Positions 11,865 through 26,800 of a stretch of DNA of 64,000 nucleotides are shown here, in pieces. This DNA comes from Aplysia californica (Eukaryota), in NCBI RefSeq assembly GCF_000002075.1, contig NW_004797434.1, positions 513,368 to 577,367 of the forward strand, in the 5' to 3' direction. The translations under genes and the position numbers were made by a program. The notes beneath the pieces were generated by a model that searched no databases, was not told the DNA's origin, and saw only the letters and a list, made by a program, of their open reading frames with translations. Numbering within the stretch: position 1 is the first letter of the stretch; each line of letters starts with the position of its first letter.

Positions 11865-14800
11865 CTAGGACGAAACAAGAAGATCACTTGGAGGAGCAAA
11901 AAAGAAAGGATTAAAATGACCAAACAACTTGTATGTTATTTCTCCAAGAAATAACATTCAAATATATACACAATAAGCAGTGTAAAAATACCTCTGCCTG
12001 GAATAAATTGTCTTCTTGAAACTGGTGTTTGCCGTAGAAATAGACTCCATACTAGCTCAATAAACAGGAAGTCTGCAATATGTTCAGTCCAATTATAACT
12101 TCACCTCTCAAAGTTTTTGCGATACATGCCCTGTTTCATTCTTCTCTTATCACTGGTCTTCAAAAATATTAATCACCAAACTTAATCTTAAGAAGGCCAG
12201 CTTTAAGCTTATGACAACTCAATTTACGAGAGCACCCTGTGAAAACATTAAAATATGTAGCACATAACCACATGCTCTGAAGTGCGGCATAGGTTTTAAA
12301 GTTTGACAAGCACATATGTTTTCAGGCTCAAATTTGAGTGGATTTGAACTTCTTCTAAGGGGGTGCACTAGCTCAACAAGTATGGTGTTCCACTGTCAAC
12401 CCGGAGGGCCATAGTTCAATCCCAGCAAGCATCAGGTCTTTCCTTATGTTTTCTAAACTCCCTGATCCCAGGGTAGGTTGGGCTGAGCACATCTTCTAAG
12501 AAAATTATGAAAAGGTTCGGAAGTCCCATTGTGAAAGTTTTGCATTCCCCAGGAAGTTGACATTGTTTTTTTAGTGTTCTAGGGTCTGCTGGGGTAATAT
12601 TAACAGCTGTACAGCATTCAGAGCTCGTTTTTGAACTAGTTAGAGCACTAGATAAATGCTATCTATTATTATTATCATTTAAAGATTCTTTCTTCTTCTT
12701 TTCTTTAATCTATCCTTTCAGCCCAGAGTCCTATCACTATCAGTTCATCAAGTGAGCTGTAGCTGCATACAGAAAGATAGTTTTTTTTTACGGAAATATT
12801 TTTCCAGATAGTAAATTTCTTTTTAAATGTTGGTGTTTCACACCCCCATCAACACAATTTAGATCAGTTTAGAAGGCGGGCTTCACGCCTGCTTGTCAAG
12901 GCCAACCCTGGGCTGAAAGGGGAACAACATCCCAGCAAAAAACCAAGATACTCATAAAATTTTTCTCCCATATGGGAATCAAACTCAGGTCTCTTGTGTG
13001 CGATGGTGAAGTGCCTAACTGCAACACCACAGACGCTGGTCCAGAAAGAGAAAAGGGCACTATGAAAGGTGAAGAGAAAAGTAATGAGCAGCCCTCGCTC
13101 AACCACCCACGAAACACCCGAACATGTTCAGTAGGCAGGGAAATTAAAACATACATAAACTGTCAGCCAGCTTTTAGTATGTACTAAGCCCAAAATGCAG
13201 AATTTTTTTTTGGAGCAGTTTCTTAAACAGTGGTTTCAGTTGCATGTGTTGAAGAAATATTTTGTTCAAATCCAGGTTCTAAATGTTTTTAAACAAAAAA
13301 AAAATACATAAAGTGGGTACAGTTGTTGAGAGACTGAAACAGTTTTTCTCACTCCTGTAAAATTTTGCTTTCAGGGCTTAGTTCATTCTAAGAGCTTGTC
13401 GATGAAATGCTATCTACTCACTCGCTGCTAGACTGTCCAGATGCTTCATGAAGGTGTTGAGTGGTGTGAAGGGTGTGCTGTACTGTGCAGAACCGGTGCT
13501 ATGACGACCGCTGCTCTCCTTTGACTGCCGACCTGGACAAAAAGTTAATAGCAGGTTCTTTTAAGAGTTCTAGAATTCCTCACCAACAATCAGTTAATGT
13601 GGTAGGTTGGCATTGGATGGGATGCAATAAAGTTTGAAGAAACTTCATAATTTATGGAGGTGGAACCCATATAATTTATATATTTTTTTTGCTAAAAAAA
13701 AATCAGATTTTCTAAGAATAACAACAGACAATGATGTAGAATCAAAACAGATAAAAAAGAACACCAAGAGATACTCATGACTATCTTCTCAATTGAACAA
13801 CCCCTCCATCCATTTAAAAAAATAAAATCTACATTCCTTGTCAAAAATCATAAAGGATGATAGAAAATTTTTTAAAAACCAAAAAAACTCAAGTTAACAG
13901 AATGTTATACAACTTAAGTGAAAAAAATGTCATTAAAACGGGGAACAGTGTAAATGGGAAACAATTTTTCTATCTTAGACGTCTTTTCTATTCCCACAGC
14001 AAGAGTAAACCACATTGCTCCCTTTGAAATATCTTTCTATCCATATCTGACAATAGAATGAATGTCATGAACAGAGCTTTGTGCCAGTATACATTTGCAA
14101 TGCACAACTTTTTTATATATAAGTATTTAGGAGCTTCTCTAGGGCACTTTACAATTTTAAATACTACACTGTCATATATATACAAAAGCAGCAACTAGGG
14201 TAAAGTGCACCAGTTTCATCATATTCAGTTAGTGACCTCGTTTCTTGATCTCTCATGCTCCTTCTGTTATTAAATGCAGAATCATGGTTTCATGTCTATC
14301 CAAAATTCCAACTTTCATACTTTGTGGAGTAAAACAGGTGATTTGCCAACAAATTACATGGTGCTTCAGGAATAATGTTATCAATAGCCATATAGTCAGT
14401 TGTTCCAATTTTGTCATATTAGTACTATTATCGTCATATGCTTGTTGCAATTTCGTCGAATGCCTATGGATACAGTGCAGAAATCCAGAGTGTGGTTACT
14501 TTTCATGTTTCTGGTCTATGAATTCAGTTTAGGGTAACTTGCCTATCTTGAAGGCTATTTATTTCTACAAATTCTATTCCTATTTTCAAAAACCCAAGTT
14601 CTTAAATTGAAGAAAATAGAAGCATATAAGATAAATTAAAGCAACACTTTCCTAATTTTCAGGGAAAACATGAAAGAAAAAGTTGGTCCCCTTACTCTCT
14701 GACAACAAAATCTATCACCATCAAGCCATAATTATAGTTTGGAACATATTTGTGGGGGGAGTTTTCAGGGGAGAGGTAGGACAGGAATAAAAGATGAACA

Positions 14801-17800
14801 CATCATTTTGATAGAGAAGCATACTGAAGGCAAGAAAAAGAAATTAAAAGCACAACATATATATATAGAACCAACATAATATGCTTTTGTAACATATAAT
14901 TTTGAAAAAAAAAAATTTAACGGCTGTAGACAAAAAAGGCCAAGTGAACCCAGCCCTTCACCAAAAGAGTTTGCGCCAATGACCCTGATTCTAAAAAAGT
15001 CCAAACCAAATGCCTGTCTGTCTCGATCGCCCACATCACTTATTCCATCAGAACCTGTCCCCTTTCAACAAAGATGTGCCTCAAATGTCACGTTAAATCC
15101 TTAGTTGACTCATAATTAGTGTATTACATACTACAGTGACAGTCTATAAACTGTCATTTCTTTACCACAACCTTTGGTTTCTGCCATTATTTTATTATTT
15201 GGACCAAAAAAGACAATGAACTTATGTTAAGATACACATGTATAAATAAATCTATGATGAAATTGCAACACACGAGTGACAAAATTGAAACATATGCCCA
15301 CAGCTTAACATAACACTCTAAACTTAACAGAAATAAGTAAGTCCAATTCAATTTGAACTTTTCAGACTATCGAAATTAAACTTATTCAAACAAGTCTTCA
15401 ATTTCATTTAGACATCTTTGTTTACAAGCATCACAATATATCACCTTTAAAAAGAGCAATTATGAGATCTGTCTCTCAATAAAACTGTGATATTGCTCGA
15501 AAGCTTAGCAGATGAGGTGATGTCTAGAACTTGACTTAGTAAACAAGGGCTTGTGACTAGTTGCCTGGTGTGTCCAATTATTTGATTGGCCAGAATTTTA
15601 AATAGGTTATTCAACATGTTTTTAGCTGTTTATGAAGCAGAAAATTTGGTTTATCTTAAATAGAAGCTGGGAAATAATTACAGAAGGTGTGTTGGGACAA
15701 AATTGGACCATGGATGATAGGAAAAAAGAAGGCTCAATTTAAAGGGAGGAAGCTCGGCATGCAAGGGATAAGTATAATGGAGAAATAGCAAAGGCTGGCT
15801 TGACAGGTCAACAACATGCTTAAATATGAGAAAAACAAATTTAAAGCCAGCATACACCATAACAGCTAAGAGTGGAAGGAATCTAGCATGCCAAATCCCC
15901 CACAAGATAAAATTGTGATATAAACATTTTCCAGTGGCTCCATAGGCACAATGAATATTGCTTTCAATATGTCAAAGACTCTCTTCTTGATCAAATGTTC
16001 AAACCAATGCCCAGAACCTTTTTTCATATCACTGACTGATTGGTCAATAATTTTAGAAGTACAAACCCAAATAAAGTGAAAAAAATTATAAGTTTGGAGT
16101 AACGTAAATGTATATTCTATAATTCTTTATAAAATGTGGGTGTTCATATGTCCCCATCAACACAATAAGGATAATTTAGAAGGCAGGCTTCGACCTTCAC
16201 CATGAGGAGCAAACAGGGCTGAAAGGGATACAACGTCCTGGCACATAGACCGACATACTCCACAAAATTCTCCTCACAAGGAAATCAAACTCCGAACTTC
16301 TGTATGCCATGGCAAAGCGTCTATCCACTACACCACAGATGCCAGTCTGCAATTCTTGAAATTTATTCCAAACTCAACATTGTCACAAGGAAACTTGTAC
16401 TGAGAGTTCTAAATAGTTTAATTTTTATTAACCCTATCCGTACGCCCTGGAGTCATTTTGTACCCCCAAGGTTGTATTCTTCACATTTTAGAATACTTCT
16501 AGCGTGAAGATCTCTTTCAAACTTTCAGTATTTCTCAAAAAATCCTTTTGACAGACTACTATGCAAAGTGATCGAATCGGATTAACGAGTAAATTTTCTC
16601 TTTGGAAAGTGGTGGCACAGAGTTCCCCATGTCGTACGAATAAGATAGTAAAACATGACGTACGGATGGGGTTAAACAAAAAGCATCAAAAACGACAAAT
16701 GAAACAAGCGTCAAATTTGTGGTTAGAAGAAAATGACAAATTAAGTAGAAAACAGACAGGATCATTAAGATATATGCCAAAGAAGACAGTAAAGTAATCA
16801 ACGCAGTCCTGACCCGTGAGACCTTGACCTTGCCCGCTATCTGGAGGCGCCATCGGAGTAGGTTGCTGTCCTGTAACATGTGACAACCACCGAAAGCACA
16901 ATAGTGAGAAGTAACATCAACGTGATCAAAACAATCATGGAAGAGGTGTGAATTGGGTGCAAATGAAGTTCAGAAAAACAAACAAACAAAAAGAAACACC
17001 CACAAAAACACCCACAAAAAACCAGACAAAACAAAACAAAAAAACCCATACGCTTCAGATCAGACCTGTGTCTGGTGGGGTTTCTAATACGGTCTCTAAT
17101 ATGTCTGAGCAGACAAATAGTGCTTGAGGAAGCAACAAAAGAAAGATAGATCAAGACAAAAGGATCCCTTTTAAAAATGAACTTTTGACATTTGTAGCCT
17201 TGTTTGTCTGGCTTGTAACTCGCTGTACAAAAGTAACAATTATGAAAGAGCCTTAGTGAAAATTCTTGCTTAAAAATAATAAATATCACAGCTTACAGTC
17301 AGATATAAATAAATGTTCCACAAGGGAAGTTGCCACAGTGACAGCCATGAGTGCCAATTTCCTCAGTTGACAACATTACTAGAATCTCCCCATAAAATAA
17401 CACGTGACAAATTTTTCATTTCACTTTCCATTGATTGGTAATATGTTATTGATCTTAATGTTGTTGTTGTCATCGATCTAGATTTCCATAAATCAGGGTT
17501 TCACCTGAATCTTAAACATGTCATATTGATCCCCTTTCAATCTTATTCAATCTCTGAAAATGTCAGTTTCTAACTCTTTCAACATTATCTTCTCGTTTGG
17601 TTTTAGTATTAGTAGGAGTCATACAGCCCTTACAACACTATTAAGTCATACAAGTGCCGAACATTAGAGGTGTTACAAAAGAGCAATATACAAAGAAAAG
17701 AAAGAGGGGGAGATAATGATGAAAGATGTTTAGTAGGAAAAAGCACTCGTCAACCATCCACGAAATACAGTCAAACCTGCTCTTATGACACCTGTATAAG

Positions 17801-20800
17801 ACAATCACCTGTAAAAACGGCCACTTCCCATTTCCCACTTTGTAATTCTTTCACATTATAAGGACACTGAGTAAGATCTGTACCCATCTAAGACAACCCC
17901 TTTTTCTCCTCGATTTTGGATGGTCGTCTTGGACAATTTTGACCGTAGTAAACACAATATACATGAAGAACCCATACAAGTAAAGTACAACTGAACTAAA
18001 TATAAAAAGTAATTAGTTTGACCCGTATTTACTAGATATGTTATGAACTGACCCTGAACTGCGAACACGAAGGACAGCATAGTAATTTGATCTGCTCATC
18101 TTTTTTAAGCACTGAGGCTAAAAATCAATACTTCATTTTGAAACTATATATAAACAGAACATATTTTACCGGATGAGTATTGTTTTAAACTGAATAAAGG
18201 TATATGTGACAGATTCTTAAACTTCAAACACTGTTGAACTTTGAACTTCCCAATTGAACAAATAAGTAGTCTGTTGACTTTTATAAGCCCATATGTATGG
18301 TTTGGGAAAAATTGTACGGGTACAACTGCAACTAAATTCAATAAGAGATGTCCCTGATTAGAGAAGTACAATATAAAAAGAAACGGCTCATCTGTTGTTT
18401 TGTTTGATAAAGCTTTACCTCTAAATTACAATCCAATACTGATTGGTGGTAAATAATCATATATTTCAGCATGAATGATACGTCAGTCAAAACAGCTCCC
18501 ATCATTTTTGCAAAAACGGCCACTCGTTTTAAATTCATTAAGGAGAAGAAGTGTTGAAATAGTTGTTAGTTTAAAACAACATGTTTTTATTTTCTAATTT
18601 AGTAAGAGTTGTAAGGCACTTGCAACACAAATAGGTAATTTTAGTATCGAAGATTAAAGGTGTTACTGAAGAGCAGCACACATAAAAAAGGAGAAGAGAT
18701 TAGGATGTTAGATGTTTGATAGGAAAGAAAGAAAGAAGAACGAAGAAAACAAAATGCGAAAGAGAAAGCTGATATCAAACTGAACCGTCACCATGTTAGA
18801 CAGGAGTTGACAAGGAGAAACACCATGGCTGATATGGTCAGTGTGAGCTGAAACATTTTTTTTGGTGCTCAGTAGTTTGCCCTGCACTCTCATCAAGACA
18901 ATAATAAAGAGAGGTGCAGCACCTACTTCACCACCTATATAACAATATCCATTACTTCACATGGGTTTCTTTTTAAAAAATTTACATTATTTTTTTTGTG
19001 CCATACCTACTTCACCACCTATATGACAATATCCATTACTTCAGACAGGTTTCTTTAAAGTTAAATTAAAAAACAAAATTGGTTGTTATGAAAAACCAAA
19101 TATGATCAGATTGTAACTTTACTTATCGAGATCTCAACTGCTGGTTAGTTTAGTGATTAGGAAGAATCCTTGCTTTGGGACACTTTGGCCAGACTCTTAC
19201 ATCTGGCTTGTTTGCAAATTAAGGTATTTCTCAATGTTGAAATGTGAAATAGTACAGGTTTTAACATCCCTATCAGCACTATTAGGTTATTTAAGAGGTA
19301 TCGTGGGACTTTAGAGTTAAATGTCTACCTCTGAAAGGACTGAGTCAAATAAGAAAGTCATGGAAAGTGCCGTTCCTAAAGAAATAACATCAGACTGAGC
19401 TGAGCCTCAAATCCCTGAACCCACAATCTCACAATCACCAGTCTGATAGCCTTCTTTTTTTTTTTTTGTAAGTTTTTTACGGCGCTCGCAACTGCATAAG
19501 GTCATATGAGCGCGCGGGACACACCTTATATTTTCAGTAGGTAGTAAATTTTGAATTTTGCTCGGGTGGCGGCCGAAGCCTACCCTTATCGATTTTAGAC
19601 CACCAAGGGATCTTTAACGTGCACACTTGCACACGGGCCCTCCGAGATTTTTCACCCTTGTCCGAGAAGGCTAGGTGTAGATCTTTCCTACCAGAAGATC
19701 AGGGGTGTGGCAGAAAGACAGCAGTAAGGAGGAGCCTAGGAGTAGCAGTAGAAAGGCTGCAGAAAGTCAGGAGCCCAGAGGAAGGAACAAAGGAGGTGAG
19801 GGGGTGGGGGCAGAAAGCAGACGACAGAACATTGCTGGAGAGCAGGAAAGGAGGGGACAGGAGACAATTTTAGAGAAGAAAATTTTTCGGTCGCTACCCG
19901 GATTCGAACCCGGGACCTTTGAATGAGAGGCCAACACCTTAACCTCTAGGCCACGAGAGCCCCTCTGGTAGCCTAACCACTCACAATGTTGATAACATTA
20001 TTATAAATTTGATTATAACTGGTTGAGTATAACCTATATAGTCACATGACTGAAGCTTTTTCAAGATACTACAAATTTCTTCAACCCACAGTGCCCTGTA
20101 TGTAGNNNNNNNNNNNNNNNNNNNNNNNNNNNNNNNNNNNNNNNNNNNNNNNNNNNNNNNNNNNNNNNNNNNNNNNNNNNNNNNNNNNNNNNNNNNNNNN
20201 NNNNNNNNNNNNNNNNNNNNNNNNNNNNNNNNNNNNNNNNNAGTGTGTGTATGTTTGTAAATATTAATTACAAGTCAGGCTTTAAGACTTCAATAATAAA
20301 AAAAAGGTTGCTGTGATTTGATATTGTTGTTGTTGCTATCGATCCAGCAACAGCTGAGCTCTCGCCCTTCTGTCCAATGCCATGTAGTGATAAGTGCAAG
20401 TTTGCTGCAGCTGCTGTGATGTTCCATAGAGTGTGTTGTCAATGTTAGGTCTCGGAGGGAGAAGTGTAGCTCTGATGTCATTTAGGGCTGTGCATTGTAA
20501 CAGGTGATGATCCACAGTCTCATATGTATAGTCACACAAAATTGCTATGAATTAAGGCCCCTACTTTCAAAATTTCATACACTCTTTTCCGATAATTTTC
20601 CCATCTTGTTTCTGGGGGATCTGTTGTTGATCTTCTTTATGAGAAAAAATGAATAGGTCTCTGAACAGATTGTACTTCAGAAGTAAAAGACAGGTCAGAC
20701 CTGCTCTAATGACCACCTGTCCAACACAACCACCTGAACTTGTAGCGACCACTTACGGCTTACCCCTCGCGTTTTTCCCCATGTGAAAATGACACTGTCC

Positions 20801-23800
20801 AAGAGAACCACCTGTTTAAGATGACCACTTTTCTCCCCTACAATGGGTGGTCGTCTTGGAAAAGTTTGATAATATATTGTTAGCAAAAAGAGCATTGTCC
20901 TTGTATAGCGTTGAAGTGGCAAAAAATTGATTGAAACTGTAGAAGCATTTGAAAAAAAGATCCTCTCATCAAGATAAAGCCCATAAGAATAGAAAGAAAA
21001 AAATATATGTGAGCCAAAAGTGCTATTTGCATCAAGACATTGCATGCAGACAGACTGTGAAGTACCATAGGCTAAAGCAGACCAGAACGAAAGCAGCGAA
21101 ATGCCACAACCAAAAGCAGTGCTACAAATTGTGGAACATAATAAAGTACAGTATCTCAGTGAACAAGAAATGAAAAATAGCGGTACTACACACTACACTA
21201 TATACAAATATTTATATTCCTTTTCAAAACCATAGAGCCTACTATTATGAAATGAGTGAAGAAATGAAAGCAATATCAAAACTCATATTTAGCTAAAATC
21301 CTCGGAAAAAAAAAATTCATGCTTCATCAAAATTTCTTTTAAAGTCTGACAAGACTCATAATAATATCAAAGTGATATACAATACTACAAAGAATACTGA
21401 TGTACTGAGAATTAAGACACGATTTGAAGAGCTATAAGGACTAAAAATAGAAACCCCCGACACATCGACTCACCACGCAGAAGGATCTGCGCCACCTGTT
21501 CCCGAGCTTTTCGCTGCTGTGTGATTGGATGATTCCAACGCTCAAAGCACTCCTCAGCAAAACTCTGTGATTAGACAGTGAGTGAGCATAACCAATCTCA
21601 GACAGCTATCTCAAACAAGATCAAAATTCAAAACTTGTCATACTTTCAGCACAAATATCAACTCTTCAAGCATTGAAAAAACTTAATGTTTTTAGCAAGC
21701 GTTTTACAGCACTTGCAACACAGTTAGGCCATGTAAGTACTGAAGATTAGTCACAAGAGAATAACAAACACAAAAAAAGGAAGAGAGATAAGAACGATAG
21801 ATGTTTTACAGGAAAGAATGAGCAGACCACACCAGAGCACCTGCTAACCACCCACCATTGAAAAAAGGTACTCGCTTTCTTAATAAGGAATTCATTATAA
21901 GTCACAGCAGATGTAACACAAGATGAAACAACAGATATAACACAATCAAAACTGAGTGATTGCAGAGGTGGTAGAAAACATCAGCAAAGTACAGAAAAAA
22001 AAAGCTTTTATTCTCAACAGTCTGAGAGAAAAGATCTGCACTGATGTAGAGACAATGATTTTCCATAGCAGGAGATCACTGAGCTGGAAGAGCATATAAC
22101 TGTAGTACTAGCTTGCTTCTGCTCTTTACCCTTCAAAAGAAAAACTTTGATCTTCTTTCCTCCAAAAACGGATCAGCCTCATTTGAACATGTCTCAGTAA
22201 ATTTCTGATAACAAATAGAAAAAGCATTTCCAGCTAAATTCATTACAGATCAATAACGTGCCCACTTCTTCATCAGTAACATGCACTTAAGACTTCTCCA
22301 GTTCTACGTCAAGCAGCTCAAAAAACTACATCGAACAAAATGTTGTCTTCAGTTTTTCTTACCACAATCTTATAATGGACACTGAGTCCAGAGGTCATCG
22401 TTTGTATACAAGGCCATTAAAAGCAAAAAAAAACTTACCTTTTACATAGGAAGGACAAGTGAAGAAAATTACCTTTTGTAATCTGGAGATGACCTGAAAC
22501 TTGATTTGTGGTACTTCGTCGTCTGCGTCATCGGGGAGATCTGGTGAGACCAAAAAGACATTTGTTTAGTTTTAGTAAGCAGCATCTGCAACACAATTAG
22601 GCATATATATATAGGTGCCAAAAGATTAGACGTGTTACATGAGAGTAACGAACACAAAAAAGAAGGAGGAGAGATATATAAGGATGATAGATGTTTGATA
22701 GGAAAGAAGGAGTAAACCACACCAGAGCACCTGCCAACCACCCACAGGACATTTGTATCATGCCTGAGAAGCTCACTCTACCAAATCATGGTGTTTAAAT
22801 AAGGAAAAGCACCACTAGGCCCGGCGTAACAGGACTGTTCTTCACCTAGGAGGGGAAAGGGATGACAAGGTGATGTGAATTCCTACAGCTATAGTAGTCA
22901 TAAATTCGTGGCGCAAGTTATTGTCAAATATGTCCTACACTATCGAACATAGACACTCCAGCTTTGGCACAATGATTTGTATCAGTTTGTCTTAACTCTT
23001 TAAGGACGAAACGGACACATTTGTCTAATCAGAAGCAGACCAGAGCCAATGTTTCGGCCCATTTCGAACTGCAGAACACAAATCAGAACTATAGTTTAGT
23101 AAACACCTCTTTTTGTCCCTGTACCACTTGAACTATCTAGGACGGGAGGTTGTGGTACCTACAGAAGAAGCTTAAACAATTCAATATACTTTCTCCGACC
23201 AGGAAACAATTCAATATAAAATATGTCAAGAAGGAAGGGGGCACTGAACTTGTCTTATTTCCAAAACTTCTTGGGGATTTTTCTCAGATATATACAACAT
23301 GGTCATTACAACAAACCTACAATTGTCTAAACCATAAAGAGAGTTTAATGGTCAAACTTACCATCCAGCATTTGTAGGATAAAATCTGGGGTGAGGATCA
23401 GAACATGATTGTCCACATACTGGAAGAACAGACTGAAACAGAAACAAAAACATCATGGTCAAAACATAATTGTCCAAGTCATTTTTTGTTTGTTTTAAAA
23501 AACAAAACAAAACAAAACAGTGCTTACTTAAATTAGTCTTATTACTTACATTGGTCTTGTTATGCTCAATTACAAAATTATATTAAAAAATCAGACTGAA
23601 GTTTTACATATCTAATTCAAAACAAAATTCTCCAAAGAATGATGCAAGAGTTTTTAAAATTGGATGCTAGAAACACAGATTCCACATACATATCCACACC
23701 AACTCTTCATACAAACACAAAGACAACAAAACATTTCCAACAACAACAAAAAACTCACTGAAGTTCCAAACACTTAAACCCTAGTGCAGTGAAGAAACTT

Positions 23801-26800
23801 GAGAAACCTGAGGGATAAAGAAGTTGAGAGGAAAAAAGAAATGTCTGATTTTGTTCAAATTTTTTGCACCTGTTTTTAATAAAACTTCAGAGTAGATCTA
23901 TGCACTTGAACAGTATTATTTTCTTTGATAAAAGGAATTGACCAAAAATAAATAGTACTATATCATTTCGGCAGCAACAATTAATTTAGAAATGTGAACA
24001 TTGTCCTGAAAGAGAAAATTCATTTTGACTGCTCAGTGAGAGACTCTGTTGTGAGCAAAGAGGTTATATTTAGTACTAGAGTTTGTGACAGTGATGTCAC
24101 CCACATAAACGACATAGGGGCTGCGTATGTCACCCTGGGACGCTCAACCTCAAGGGCAAGACATGCGCCCGCAGTTCAACAGACGGGTGAGTACTTCTTG
24201 AGTCTCACGTGGAGGCATCTTGACGGTCTTAGGAGGAAATCTACAAGCTTGCACTGAAATATGAGGGCAGGACGGTGTTTAATATACTAGAGGATGTGGG
24301 GAGCGGGGGCTCTGATTGCTCATGTAAAAGGGGGCACACCAGCTATGCCGATGAGGGTAAGAAGGTCCCCATGTCTGACATGAGCTACGTCATTGCTGTG
24401 ACCTCTAGTATTATATATAACCTCATTGGTTGCGAGTCACTTTTCAAAAGGGTGTATGGCAGAGCGGAGTCTTGCACAAAGCAGTCCATTAACTTTACAT
24501 GTGAGTTTTCGACTAGGATTCATAAATAGCTTTACAACATTTTACTATCAATCTTACAAGCAAGAGAGTAACAAACACAAAAAAGAAGGAAGAGAGATAG
24601 GGACAACAGATGATTGATAGGCAAGAAGGAGCAATTTACATGCAATTGTGAGTGCTGTAAAACTTTTTTTTTTTAAAACACACAAAAAAAAACAGCCTTT
24701 CAAATGCCTGTTGAGATAGTCAAGCATGTCCCAAAGGTAAAAACAATATTTTTTGATTTGGTAAACATTTTACGGCACTTGCAGTACAATTTGGTCATAT
24801 AAGTGCTGAAGATTAGAGGTGTCACACGATAGTAAAAAGCACAAAAAAGAAGGAGGAGAAAATAGGATGATACATGACTGATAGGAAAGGAAAAGTAAAC
24901 CACACAAGAGCATCCCCAACCACCCACATTGATATCTAAACTCAGGGAACCCACACGGTAGTAGAAATAGACTAACTCTATCCATACGCCCAAGGGTCAT
25001 TTTGTACCGCCGGGGTTGTATTCTTCATATTTTAGAATACTTCTAGTGCGAAGATCTCTTTGAAACTTTCAGTATTTCTCAAAAAATCATTTTGACAGAC
25101 TGCTATGCAAAGTGTACGCATCGGATTAACGAGTAAATTTCCTCTTTGTAAAGTGGTGGCACAGAGCTCCCCACGTCGTATGGATACGATAGTAAAACAC
25201 GGCGTACGGATACAGTTAAATAGATTGTCCTGACATCCAGACACTCACCTGGAGGCAAGGGGTATCCCATGTCACCGGCTGTCAGGTACAGCCTCTCGTA
25301 CAGCTGAAACAGCTCGTATTCCTCATCTGTGCCAGGATCTTGTCTGACGGGAGACGAGACACAAAACCACTAATGTATACAACACAGGAGGAAAGATTTG
25401 TTTGTTTGTTTGAATAAAGAGAAGCACATTTCTTTTTTGTTTGAAATGAAAAGGTACACACAGCTCTTTCTCGATTTCATGGAAAGAAAGGAACCAACAA
25501 AAAATAGTGGATGTTTGTTTGTTTGTTTGAGTAAAGAGAAGCACATCGACACAATAATGGTCCTTTAGTGCTGGGAAAAAGTAAGACAGACAGACAGACA
25601 GAAACAATAGAGGGAAAATAAAGAAGTAGGATCCACCAACGAAGCCCTCCAAACACCTGCAAAAAAATATTGGAGGCATAGAACCTTGATATGAACAATT
25701 AAAAGTCATCTCATTGCTCAGAGAAACTAGAATCTTTGCACTGCCCTAAGCTACCAAAATGCCTTTTTTCATTTTGGAGCCAAAATCTTTTATTTGCTAA
25801 ATCAAAAGCCTGATCAGCTACCCTCATCATTGCTTTCCTCACCGTGCACTAGCCTGATCAGCGACCCTTCTTGCATGAAAAAAAATCAAATTGAAACCAT
25901 GACTAGTTTTTGAATAAATCAGAATTAAAATTTTGGAATTACTCTATTTTAAAATGATTACGCTGGCAAAAAAAACTCTTTTTCTCGAAACTGCTCCCGA
26001 AGAAAAAAAGGTGTTTTGTCAGCTTACGGCAGTGTAGCTACGCCGGCAACTTACAGGTTGGGCAATAGTGTGTCCTCCAGCTGATGAGACAGGTTCTGAC
26101 CACGCAGACTCCAGATGAGATGGCACAGCTGTCTCGACACTTTGGCCTGAGAGCAAAGATTACAGACAGTCTAGTAGTAAGTGTTTTACGGCACTTGCAG
26201 CACAATAAGGTCATATAAGTGCCGAACATTAGAGGTATTACAAGAGAGTAACAAACACAAAAAAGAAGGAGGGGAGATAAGGATGGTAGATGTTTGACAG
26301 GAAAGAAGGAGCAAACCACACCAGAGCACCCACCAACCACCCACAGCAAAGGTTAAAGGTAAAATGATAAAGGCTATCGGTATTTTTCTTTTTAGGTAGA
26401 TAGGTGTTTTATTCAGTGTTTAAGGCCATTGGCCCACATGACATAAAACAAACACATGGCTACAGGTATAACAACCAAGAGCAGAGGTCGAAAGCAAATA
26501 TTTTTTTACAAAGGTAAAAATTCAAGCAAACAAGGGCCCAGGGTAAAGGCTATAGAAATGACAACACAAAGCCAAAGATAACCAAACTCTCTATAAAAAT
26601 ATATTTCAGAGGATTCTAAGTCTACTCCCTTTTAGTTCAGTAATAGGAGAAAGAGTTTTCATGACAGAGCACTAAGAATTATCAGGACGCTGATAAAGTC
26701 AATCTGCATAAGTGTTGTTTTTAGTTTGGTAAGAGTTTTACGGTGCTCGCAACTTCAACAGGTCATATGAGCGCCCACTTTAAAGTGTGATATCTCTGAG

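Noticed and set aside
20581-20660. Possible GSAP exon with AG/GT ends
   Set aside because: 80 nt would shift the frame between two phase-1 junctions, and there is no GSAP similarity.
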